Shown one piece after another: positions 47,859 to 59,645 of a DNA stretch of 64,000 bases. The notes under the pieces are model-generated. The model ran no database searches and was not told the DNA's origin. It was given only the letters and a program-made list of their open reading frames with translations. This stretch comes from Chrysemys picta bellii (Eukaryota). Position numbers and translations under genes: made by a program. The stretch's first letter is position 1. Every line of letters starts with the position of its first letter. The stretch spans positions 33,728,001 to 33,792,000 of the forward strand of contig NC_088803.1 of assembly GCF_011386835.1 (NCBI RefSeq), written 5' to 3'.

Positions 47859-50800
47859 CCACCTAGGTACGTAGGAAATATTAAGTGCTGATTTCTGATC
47901 CCTCTTACCAGGTTGGGGAGCCCCATGCAGGGAATTTCCATCGAGTAGGCAACTGGCTATTAATAATAAATAAACCCTTACATTGAGAACCTTCCATTGA
48001 GAGGAAATAGACCCCAAACTGTTTCATGGACATTGCTCCAACTCCATCCTTGGCATCATTTTCTTGTAGTGAGAGAAGTTACCCAAGGGATACATTTGGC
48101 CCAGTATAGTACACAACAGTGTACTTTATCCATCACCGAAATGCAGCCATCTCAGGGGCTGAATAAGAGTTACATTTAGCCAGTGCCAGCAACTAATAGT
48201 AAGTAAGAATTGTTTTACGCATTTTTATGAATATTTACGCTTATTTAACACTTGAGGACAAAAAGAACCCCGCGTGTCCCTATTGGCTCTACATCTATAA
48301 CTTGATTCATATCCAGGTCACATTTTTATTAAAACACTCTGGTATGGCCAACCTTTTAGCCTTACCCAAGGAGAATATTTGCTTTCTGATCCATTGAATT
48401 TACATAATTTTTGTGCGTATGTGTAATGATGAGAAGTTTTAAAACAAACTGAGTCATCCCCAGCTGCTAAGTTCTGACATGTACTTTAAATAAGTAAACC
48501 TGGGGATGTGGAGGGAAAGGAGCAAAATTGGCTTAAACATCCCACTGATCATAGAATTATCATCTGCTATCAAGCAGTTTACCATTAGACCCAGCTGGTG
48601 CCAACCTGACCAGTGCATTTCTCCAAGCTAAGCTAACAAAGCACTTATTTGTTATCCAGGGAACTACCTCTAATAGACTTCCAGTGAAATAATATTTGCT
48701 TTCCAACCCTACTTTGAATCCCACTCACTTTGTTAAAAAGATTGCCTCTGGCTGTCTCCACTGGTCTAATCTAATAGTTTCTAGTTTGTACAAGCAAAGC
48801 GCTTTCAGCCAACTATATAAATAACTTAAAGAGAAGAAGACACTTTTACAGCGCTCTGTGCCGGGTGCTATAGAACATGACAGATTAGTAAATGACGCTT
48901 CAGTGAAGCTCATCTGGGAACCTCTGTCAGTTGAATATGAGCAATTACAATATTGTATTTGGGCTGAAAGGGTTGTCTGTCTTCTTACAAAAAGGCTAAC
49001 AAGAAAAATAATTCCTGTCTTATTTCTCCTGTGCATGAAACTGGTCTAAGTGGCTCTAGCCCATTCCATATCCCCCTCCCTCACTACCATTACAGCAATG
49101 GGAATGGGGGGGGGAGGGAAGAAAAAAATAGTTATTTTCTGTTTTCACTTTTGGCTTGAATCAAAAAATGAAGAAAGAATAATATTAGGAGACAGGACTC
49201 CCCAGTGTTGGAGAAGGGACTCTGTATCATTATATCAAAGCACGTTCGAATGCCACCCCCCAATTCCACTCCAGCAGTGCAGTGCCTTCCATATAAGAAA
49301 TAGTGCCACTGGCCTATTGAAATAGCTGGATTTAGCTCAGCTCACCCACTAAGATCACCTGGTCACATGAGGTTCAAAGAGTTGTGCAGGATTTATCCAT
49401 GCCATTGCCACTGATTTTAATAGGAGCTTTGAGACTGAACCTGGTGTGACTTAAAATGTAGGGATTTTCAATGGAGAACATTCAGAGATCATTGAACTTT
49501 GGGCCTAATTCCCTTTAGGCTTCTTTAAAAATCCCAGGTATACTGTAGGGCCACGTTCATCCTGGGTGTGACTCCACTGGAGTCAATAAAATTACACTAA
49601 GTTACACTACACTATTTTGGTGCAGGATTTCCCAGGCTCTTGACAACGGTTCTTTGCTATCGAAGTTGGCGCTCTCTGAAAAATCAACTCCAACCATCCC
49701 GTTACAAGGACCCTCATCCATGTCTGTCCTTTCCTTTCCCTCACCCCTATTATTGCATCACTATTTTTGTAAGTGATTCTTTTCATGAATTTGAACTTGC
49801 AGAACGCTTCCCTTACATTATAGAAATGAACCGCATGCCATTCCAGGTTCCCTCCTGCACTTCAGCACTTGGGTGCCATGCCTTTATTTTGGGTCTGTAT
49901 ATAATTTGTGCCTCACATTGAGGCTTTGGCAGGTTAAGAGCTTAGAGGCACATATTGTATCTGGAACTCTTTTCAAACAGAGGGCTCTGTTGTCAAATCT
50001 TGCTGAATGAAACCAGTCCAGTCCCTTGCAAGGCCTGCAGGCAAAGGATTAACCTCTTCGTTGCCATGATTTGCTCATGTCTACGTCCCCAGCATTTGAG
50101 GATGGCTGTTACTTTCAGAGTCACAGTACACATAGATGTGCCAATCACCTAGGTTAACTGTACAATGTAGACACAGCCTTAGATTGCAAGTTCTTTGTGG
50201 CAGGGACTGTCTCTGAATGTGCACGAGTACAGGACCTAGCCCAGTGGGGCACGGATCTTGGTTGGGGACTTAAAGTGCTACTATACTAGCTACTGTTACA
50301 CTGCCCTATTTAAGGTTGCATTCAGTTTTAGCCTTAAAAACACAAAGGCTGAATGCCTGCCTTATGTGGAAAATAGTGCATCTGCCCCAAGTTTTCACCA
50401 CAATCTCTAAATAAAGTGTGAATTTTCTGAGGCATTTCAAGAAAGTCGGTTATTTTGTTTCTGAGTTCTAATAAATTAACACCAGTCTTGGAGCACCCTC
50501 GTCCCCAGCTATGAGTGAGTGTGATTTTCCAGAAGTGTGCAGCACAGATATTGGGCAGGGAGTCAGCTGTTTAGGGTGCTGGAAGCCCTACTGGGGTAGA
50601 GTTGCAGTCATCGTGCGTTGTCTGGTGGTTATCCTAGTGTGCCTCTGGGTGAAGAGATGCCATAGCTTTTCACATTATCATCATCTAGTCATTTCTAACA
50701 TGGTGGGGGGCTGCCAGAATTTTAAGGAGAGGTAGCTTCCTGGAGGCTGCATTCCCAGACTTCTCATCAGCATCCAGTGTTGCCAGCTCTTTCCCAGAAC

Positions 50801-51027
50801 TCTAGTGTTATTTTCAGGTGGACATGACCAGGAACAAAGAGCAAGGAGGTCAGTAGCAGCATCTGGGGTTGTATCTTGGGTCCTAGCTCCGGTCAGAGCA
50901 TAAACATTTAATTGGTTATGTCTGAAAATAACAAAATGCTCCAAGAATGAGCGGAAAGGGATCCAGCTTCTAGTGCATGGTGTGGGTACGGCGTGTACTC
51001 TATTCTAGTTCTATATCTAAGCCGTTA

Positions 51028-51269
51028 GGCTTGGATTTTTAAAGGTATTTAGCCATTGCTTGCTCAGCATTGCAATGCCAAACTGACTTAGGAGCCTGAC
51101 ATCTCATTTTCAAAAGTGATTTAGGAGCTTAAGTCTCACTGAAAGTTGATAAGACTTAGGCTGTTAAGACCCACATTCGCACATCAATGGGAGTTAGGTG
51201 CTTAAATACCTTTGAGGAGATTGGCTCAAGTAATTTTGAAATGCCTAAATACTTTTACAAATCCAGGCC
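51028..51269. mobile_element. PIF/Harbinger-type MITE
   Basis: Termini GGCTTGGATTT / GGCCTGGATTT; flanks TTA / TAA; internal TTAGG...CCTAA repeats. Confidence 0.7.
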
Positions 51270-54226
51270 TAAGACCATACCCACTGTGGTACCTGAAGTG
51301 TAAAGGTGAAATTATCTCTTTCCTCTCCTCCTTTCCCTCAATACAAAACTGTACAGAAACCGGTTTTCCTCCCATCCCCCCCAATTCTCAGGAATATAAA
51401 ACAGTGAGAAGCTTTATGCATGTGCTGAACTTTATGCCATATAAGTAGTTCCTGTATAAAATCGATGGGACTACTTACCACATGCCCAGAAATTTGGGGA
51501 AGAAACAGGGCGCAAACATGGAACTTTCTCAAACGTATGATGGGTTGAAACTAAGGGTCTGTATAAAAACCCCTTTCACAACCTTAACTAGAGTGTGGTT
51601 AGCCTGGCACTTGGATACTAGTGTAATGGGGGAGATAAACCTCAGAGAGAGGCAGGAACTGTAATGTCATTGTGCGGGTTTTGTTTGTTTTTTTTAAAAC
51701 CAACCAGAGCTATTGCTGATAGCGTGTCAGCTCTGCTGCCTTATGAAGGGCTTCAGAAAGTTATACTTGACTTGACAGCTTGTAAAACAGGTTTTTGGTT
51801 TTAATTGTTCAGCTGGCAGATGTGAATCCCAAACAGCTGTAACCTGCACACAGAAGAGGGTGGAGACTTCTCTGAAATTCTCCAGCTATGGAGGGCATCT
51901 CCCCTACTCCCCCCCCCCCCTCCAACAGTAGGCCTTCAAGACAAAAAAAAACAAAAAACAAACAAACCTCTGTTGCAAGCTAAACAGCTGTGTCTCCCTG
52001 TCTGCACGTAGCACTTTGGTGATATGGCCAGGATCCAAAATTGCATTTATGGGGGGAGCGGTGTTGTGGAAAAGTCCTGGATACCAATCAATTAAGTCAG
52101 TGGGAGTTTTGCTCTTGACTTCAAAAGGGAGCAGGCCCCATCATTCTTTATGAAAAGTGTCACATTTCTCCAATGTAAAGTTTTGCAAAGGGCGATCCTG
52201 TTGCAATTTTCCACAGGCGTCTTTGCAGATTACACAGATGTCATTGCAACATTGCTTTGTGTCTGTTTTCATAAAAGTGGGTGAAAATTCCCAATGACTT
52301 ACATTTTTACAAAATTGCACTGACAGTTTATGTGTAAGTATCTGCATGCTATAGGGTGAAAAGGGCAACAGTGTCATCTTTTTGCAAACCTCTATGAAAC
52401 ACCAAACTTCCCCGGTGTTGCTTCTGGTGCAAAAACGTTCAGTTTCAATGCTGATACTTTGGCTGCTTCTGTCAGCTGCATAATTAGCCCATGCCACTTT
52501 CCAAAATGCAGAGTCTTTGTGAGAGACTCCAACCTGCTTATTAGGTCTCAGCTTAAGAAAGCAAGATGGACTCAGCTATGCTGGCATTGTCTGAAATGAA
52601 AGCGGTCTCATCAGGTTACACCTTTTAACTCTGATCTGTAAAAGCACACAGATAAGTGGTGCTTCCCCCCCGACCCTCTTTATAATACAGTCTTCCCCAC
52701 ATCTAGACAAAGTAGAACACTTGCAGGAGATTCATTAACTGGTCTAAAGCCAACCAAAATAAAAACAATCTTGATTTATTTTTTTATAAACTCCAAGTCC
52801 AGCTCTTCTTCAGTGTCTAGCTGAACTGAATACACCACTCCACTCCTGGAACCCCTCCCTATCCCAATGCCCACCTTGATCTGCAGTCAAACAGTTATCA
52901 ATTCCAGGGAGAGAGAGACAGACTTGGGGTATAATGACACTCCTCCCATGTGCCTAAGGCTGCCAGAGTTGTGTACACTGGCAAAAATACAACAGAAACT
53001 AAGCTTTGGCCTAAAGCACCGTAACTCCCAGATAAACAAGCCTGCCAGAAAGGGGCCTGGCTGAGGCTTTGTACTCCGAAGACTCCAGGATTGGCTGATA
53101 CAATTACTCGTGAGCAACAGATAGCTTGAAGACAAGGGTGTATCCAGGAAATTCAGATTTCTCTACAGTATTACAGCCTGCATGGCAGCCCTCCAGTATA
53201 TCCTCCCCCATTCACCCCACCCGACACCCAAAGAGGTTTTCCAATATAATTCAAAGCAGAGACGTGGATGCTCATATCCATATAGATGCAGGGAGGATGG
53301 TGTCCCCAGAATAAAGGCTTGCCTCGTTTTCTATGTTGATTTAACACATTTAGCTGAGGGAAATACCTTCTCACAAAAGACACAGGGAAACATTGGCTTG
53401 TGCAAGAGAATCAGGTTAATATTAGGGTCGGTCAGACAAATTGGTGGGGAAGAAACAGGAAATAGACCCAAACTTTACCCACAGTTCACATGCAAACTCT
53501 CATGAACATCAAAAAGTCTGGTTAGCTCCTCTACACCCCTAATGTATTTCTTCCTTTCCTGGCTCTGGTTTCCAGCAGAGGTGCCTGACTAGCACAGCAA
53601 AAGCTTTTCGTATATAAGTACTTCTGGCCTGACTAGTGACAAAGGAGTTCTGAAAAATCAAGCAGGGGAGCTTGTCCTCACAACTGTTGTAGTCCTAAGA
53701 GTTTGGATATCCTTCTGAGGGAAAACTAGCTGTACTGTTGGGTTGTCTCGTCAATTTGAACAAGTACCCATCCATGGGTCATTTGGGATATTCCCCAGTC
53801 CCGGTCTCCTGATTCATCTAGTTGTAAAACAAACAAATTTGCTAGAGTCATAGAGATTCTAAAACCGGAAGGGACTTCCTGTAGAACACAGGCCAAATAA
53901 CTTCCCCCAAATAATTCCTAGAGCAGATCTATCACAAAGAACATCCAATCTTGATTTAAAGATTGCCAGAACTGGAGAATCCACCACAACCCTGGATAAA
54001 TTGTTCCACTGGTTAATTACCCTCACTGTTAAAAATGTACTCCTTATTTCCTGAAGTCTGAATTTGTCTAGCTTCAACGTCCAGCCATTGGATGACGTTA
54101 TACCTTTCTCTGCTAGATTGAAGAGCCCATTATTAAATATTTGTTCCCCAGATTGATCAAGTCACCCCTTAACCATCTCTTTGCTAAATTAAATAGTTTG
54201 AGCTCCTTTAGTCTATCACTATAAGG

Positions 54227-55064
54227 CAGGGGTCTCAAACTCATTTTACCTTAGGGCCAGTGCCAGTCCTTAAATCCTCCCAACGGGCCAATGTCACTCA
54301 TGCTGTCCAGAACACACACCCCAAAAACTCCGCCCCCACCTGCCTAAGGCTCTGGGACAGAGTTTGGGTGGGAGAGAGGATTGGGGTGCAGGCTCTGGGA
54401 GGGAGTTTGGGTGCAGAAGGGGTGAGAAGTTGGGATCTGGGAGGGAGTTTGGGTGGGGATGGGGGAGGGGGTCTGGGGTGCAGGATCTGGGAGGGAGTTT
54501 GGGGGCTGGGGGGTGTGGGGATGGGGTCCAGGCTCTGGGAGGGAGTTTCGGGTTGGGATGGGGTGTGTGGTAAGGGGAAGGGGTGCAAGCTCTGGAAGGG
54601 AGTTTGGGGGCAGAGGGGGTATGTGGGGAGGGGGTACAGGTTCTGGGAGGGAGTTTGAGGGCGGGAGGGGGTGGGGGTGCAGACTCTGGGAGGGGGTCGG
54701 GGTTGCGGTGCTTACCTGGGGCTCCAAGGTGGGACTGGCCGGGGGGGTCCTCCACGCACTTCTGCCCCCAGGCACCGCCCCGCAGCGTCCCATTGGCCGC
54801 AGGGGTGCTCTGGGCGGGGGTAGTGCATGGAGGCACAGCCCCGCCCCACCCCTGGCTGCAGGGAGGGCTGGCAGCCACTGGAGCAAGCAAGCAGACGCCG
54901 CTCAGCTCCGCTGCACTGCCATGGCCCCTGAGGGGGGAGCGCCCAAGGACGGCAGGTGGGGCCAAGGGAGAGACCCGACCCCAAAACCGTTGGAGCCCCA
55001 CGGGCCACATTGGGGAGGCTTGCAGGCTGCAGATGGCCCGGGGGCCGGGAGTTTGAGACCCCTG
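54227..55064. mobile_element. Non-autonomous hAT (Charlie-like) element
   Basis: Perfect 15-bp TIR CAGGGGTCTCAAACT; perfect 8-bp TSD CTATAAGG (54219-54226, 55065-55072). Confidence 0.95.
54350..54706 (+). repeat. G-rich minisatellite-like array inside the hAT MITE
   Basis: Eight units starting (C/A/T)TCTGGGAGGGAGTTTG-like at 54350, 54393, 54435, 54485, 54533, 54590, 54641, 54684 (spacing 42-57 bp). Confidence 0.85.
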
Positions 55065-55385
55065 CTATAAGGTATGTTTTCTAATCTTGTAATGATTCTC
55101 ATTGTTCTTCTCTGAACCTCTCTAATTTCTCAACATACTCATTGAGTTGTTAGTACCAGAACTGAACACAATATTCCAGCAGCAGTCACACCAGTGCCAA
55201 ATAGAAAGGTAAAAATAACCTCTCTACTTCTACTCAAGATTCTTCTGTTTATGCATCCCAGGATCACATCAGCCCTTTTGACCACAGGGCCACACCAGGA
55301 GCTCATGTTCAGTTGATTATCCACCACAATCCCCAAATCTTTTTCAGAGAATTACAGCTTTGCAGGATAGAGTCCCCCCATCCTG

Positions 55386-55910
55386 CAGGGCCAGTGCAAC
55401 CATTTAGGCAAACTAGGCGGCCGCCTAGGGCGCCTGCTGGTTGGGGGCGCCTAAAAGCCCGCTCAGGCGAGGAGGTGGAGTGGAGTGGAGGTGAGCTGGG
55501 GCGGGGAGGGCCACCCGCAGCAACGGGGGAGGGGCACACAGAGGAACCACTCCCCACCTCAGCCCCCAGATCACCTCCACTCTGCCTCCTCCACTGAGCA
55601 CACAGCCCCTGCTCTAAGTCTCCTCCAATCGGCGCCGCAAACCTGGGAGGGGAGGAGAATTAGAACGGCGCCGGCGTGCTCAGCGGAGGAGGCAGAGCCG
55701 AGGTGAGCTGGGGTGGGCTCCCCAGGCAGGATTAGCTGCCACAGAGGGGGAGGTCTCCCTGAGTGGGGTTAGCTGCCGCGGAGTGTGGGAGGGGGAAGTC
55801 TCCCCAGGTGGGGTTAGCTGCCGCAGGGGGGCTCCCCAGGTGGGGTTAGCGGGGGGGGGCGCAAGGTGGAAGTTTCACCTAGGGCCCGAAACTTCCTTGC
55901 ACCGGCCCTG
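55386..55910. mobile_element. Non-autonomous hAT (Tip100-like) element
   Basis: TIRs CAGGGCCAGTGCAA / CAGGGCCGGTGCAA; TSD CCATCCTG (55378-55385) / CTATCCTG (55911-55918), 7 of 8; internal GGGTTAGCTGCC repeats. Confidence 0.9.
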
Positions 55911-58696
55911 CTATCCTGTAGCATAGCTTATTTTCTTTGATCCCAGATGTACACATTTACATTTAGCTGTATTAAAATGCATGTTGCTTGCTTGCTCCCA
56001 GTTGATCGCTCTGTGTCAGTGACCTGCCTGCGTCATTATTTACCACTCTGCCAATTTGCTCTGTGATGATTTTTCTTCCACATCACTGACAAAAGTGTTA
56101 AATAGCATAGGCCATGAGCCGATCCCTGTGGGACCCCACTAGAAACACACCCGCTCAATGATGATTCCCCATCTCACTGAGGAGGGTTTGTAGGAGAAGG
56201 AATGTGATCACCAGGGGGAGTTCTGACCCTTGGGCCTGCTCCTCCTCCCATTGAAGGCAAGGGATATGCAGAGTCAGATTGTGACAGCTCCCTATTGGGC
56301 AGGCTGCTTGAGGTGAGCATGCAGGTAGTCTGCCCCTCTTCCCTCCCCCCAGCCTGTGTGCTACCCACTCAAGGGGTACCCTACAGGTAGGGATTGCTTC
56401 TTCAGTGCTCCCCCACAGAGACACAAGCATCGCAAAGGGGACAGGGAAGGGACTGTATACGTCCCTACCACTCACTCTACACTGGCCAGTGAAGCAAGGA
56501 GGACAGGCTATGGGCAACCAGCTGCACCATACTAAAGGCAGAGGTGGGGGGGAAGCTTGTGCCAAACTGATGCACAACTCTTCTTTGAGCTCCTCATGGG
56601 GTTATGCAGGCCGAGCCACCCTTGCTTCAGGCCGGTGAGTGAATTGCACGGAATAAACCACTGCCTGCTATTGTGCAAAGCAAGTACAAGTCAGTGTAAA
56701 AGTTTAAGTGGCTGCATAAGGTGTAAAGCAGAGCAGAATCAGACACGCGGGGCCTGATTCTCACATCTCCAACTAGATCTATATAGCTGAAATTGGCCCC
56801 AGATTGTTTACTATACTGTAGTGCAGGAAAGAAAATAATCTTAAATTATTGACAAGCTAAAAATCTGGTTTAGTATCTGGAAAGAGATCATTTTCACAGA
56901 AAATGGCCATTTAATAACCATTTATCTGAACAATTCAGGAATAAGGCTACTTATGTCTGGCGGAGCCTACGCTGAGTTAAAAGCATAAGTAAATATTTCT
57001 GATCAATGTAGCATTTAAAAGGACACCTTCAGATTTGCTCTGGGTGGGAAGGAGCGAGAGTCCCAGCCTACAATTCACAAGAAGTGAGAGTGGCAAATTC
57101 GATTATTCTTTGTTGTATTATGGTAGCACCTACAGCCCCCAACACACACGCACACTCTGAACAGCTTGGACAGGAATGTTGGCAAGCTCACTGCTGACCA
57201 AGAGCTACCAGCAGTGCCAGAAGCCTATGGTCTGATGATAGTGCACTTTAGAACTGGACTAGGCAACTCAAGTGATTACTCATTTCTTTTCAAACAGTTT
57301 GAAGTTTCCATTGCCAGGGATTTTCTGTCAGTTCAGGAAGGGAGGAGAAATGCTGGATTGATATTGGCCTAGGGCCAGACTGTCCCTATGTCTCCTCCGC
57401 ATGTTTTGAAAAGTCGATCCCATTAACTTTCCTATCCTTAGCTCTGTCTGTGGGGTAGGGGAACATTGCTCTTGTTAGCATAGAGACCTCCTCAAAGAGC
57501 TGGCAAAGTCACTATCTGTGTCTCATGGCTCCAGTCACTGAGCTGCTTCCTTTACTCATTTTAGCAGCTGTATCTCAGAGGCAGAGAAAAAGGGGAGGAG
57601 GGCAAACATATAAAGAGCTCCACCCTGCAGCAGGCTAAGCACCCATTGGTTTCAGTTCTCAGCACCTCACAGGACTGGGCCCTATCATCTTCCTCCTTTT
57701 GGCATTGAACTTTTCTTGGCAAAAGATGAGTGAATTGACTGGCTTTCAACAAGTTTTATGAAGCAAGACGAGAGCATGCCAGCACAGACAGCATATTAAA
57801 TGCATTCAGCAAGGAAGCCTGTTATACTGGTTGTGTGCACGCGCGCCCATGTGCGTGTGCACTGAGGGCTCTAAGGGAGCTGTTGGCTCAGAATGGTAAG
57901 CAGGAGGGAAAAGTTGCAATAAAAGCAACATGTGGCTTTTAGCTTACTGCCTTACCTCAAATGAACCTTCATTAAAGTTGCTCTAACCCTGTTGATTCCC
58001 TTTTAAAGATGATTGTCGTGCTTACCCACATGATAGAAACATCTGATTTAAAGATTAGGGAATTTAAGGAATCATTCATATGTTTGTGGCTATTTTGCTC
58101 GAGGGTGAGTGTCCTTTCTGACCATGTCTTCAGTGTTTGGGCATGCACACTCACCTAGTCACCTGCTCTGCCAAGCAGCTGACAGAGCCATATGGACAGA
58201 TGGAATGCAACAAGAACAACAAACAGGGGTCTAGTGACTTACAAGGGAATAATTCCACCATGAGATCTGGTGACATCACAAACCACAAGAGCAGAGCTGG
58301 AGACTTGCTGAAGCAGAATTCATTCTCTGTAACATGCTTTTGGTGGGGTTTTTTAAACTATATAAATCCACTGCTGGTGTAGAACTTTTAATAAATGGTT
58401 AATTCATGTTAAACAACAGCTGTGTTAGCAGGAAATGAAACTAGTACAGAGCTTTTCGCATGCAAGGATAATGGAATTTCAGTAGAGGATCAAACTGGAA
58501 CACTGCATCTGAACTTTAGATCCAGGTCCAGTGCTGAACTTCACCACTCAAGTCCACATCCAGTGTTTGGTCACTCCAATCCAGAGTTTTAATCGTCTTT
58601 AGTCATGTGACATGATATTTCCCAGAATCCCCATGCAACAGATGTTAGAGAGTTCAAAAATGGACAGTCACAGTCCATTGCTGTAATGTCATTTTA

Positions 58697-58796
58697 GGGC
58701 CCTGATCCTGCAGGATACTGAGCATCTCCCAACAGCTCCTGGTTCCCATAGACAGTACTGGGAGCTGAAGGTGCTCAATATCTCACAGGATTGAGC
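58697..58796. repeat. ~100-bp palindromic hairpin element (MITE-like)
   Basis: Arms GATCCTGCAGGATACTGAGCA / TGCTCAATATCTCACAGGATT are approximate reverse complements. Confidence 0.6.
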
Positions 58797-59088
58797 TGAT
58801 TATCATGGGCTAAATCAGAATGATCATTTTCTGCTATATATATATACACACACACATTATATATATACACACACTGATTAACTTCTGGCCCATAGAATCT
58901 CTAAAGATCCTTAGCTGGAGTCAATCACTGTAGCTCCACAGAATACAACAGGGGAGATTCTATACTGTCTCAGAAGTGGAGCACAGAACTCACAACCTAG
59001 GGGAGCTGGGCTAAGGTACCTTTAAGCCACTTGTGCACTCACCCAATCTAGGGCTGCTCTGTCTCCCTATAGTAACATAGGCCCCCAG

Positions 59089-59108
59089 ATCTATCTATCT
59101 ATCTATCT
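59089..59108. repeat. (ATCT)5 microsatellite
   Basis: Read directly. Confidence 0.9.
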
Positions 59109-59205
59109 AATTATAGCTGCCTATGGGCTGCTGAACTGCCCAGAATCTTCACAGTGCTGCAGAATATAGCCCTGGCCTGACATGCCCCCCTGCACCAAGG
59201 CACAC

Positions 59206-59539
59206 CAGGGATTGGCAACCTTTGGCAAGCAGCCCATCAGGGAAAGCTGCTGGCAGGCCGGGACAGTTTGTTTACCTGCAGCATCCTCAGGTTCGGCCGA
59301 TCGCAGCTCCCACTGGCTGCGGTTTGCCATTCCAGGCCAATGGGGGGCTGCGGGAAGCGGCACGGGCCGAGGGATATGCTGGCCGCGGCTTCCTGCAGCC
59401 CCCATTCGCCTAGAATGGCGAACCGCAGCCAGTGGGAGCTGTGATTGGCCGAACCTGTGGACACTGCAGGTAAACAAACTGTCCCGGCCCATCAACGGCT
59501 TTCCCTAATGGGCCGTGTGCCAAAGGTTGCCAATCCCTG
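59206..59539. mobile_element. Near-palindromic hAT (Charlie-like) MITE
   Basis: Perfect 18-bp TIR CAGGGATTGGCAACCTTT; the whole body folds back on itself; 8-bp flanks AGGCACAC / CTCTACAC match only in the last 4 bp. Confidence 0.85.
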
Positions 59540-59645
59540 CTCTACACCATGACTTTCAATGACATATTTCAAAGGAAGACTCATGGTTGCTTTCCTCGGG
59601 TCCTGCACTGAGGGAATCGGCCCCCAGTTGGATATAGGGCTTTTA

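Larger units (their letters stand above)
53844..56172 (-). mobile_element. 5'-truncated CR1 LINE interrupted by two hAT MITEs
   Basis: Minus-strand ORF2 motifs SGVPQG (~56120-56145), GIVVDNQLNMS...ILGCINRRILSRSREVI (55139-55336) and KFRL.EIRSTFLTVRVINQWNNLSRVVVDSP...IFKSRLD (53859-54077); 3' tail AGAATCTCTATGACTCT at ~53844. Confidence 0.9.

Noticed and set aside
53571-53584. CTCF site (CCAGCAGAGGTGCC)
   Set aside because: Mismatches the GGC core of the consensus; not supportable from sequence alone.
54260-55706. Overlapping ORFs up to 238 aa on both strands
   Set aside because: Low-complexity translations of the G-rich array and GC-rich MITEs.
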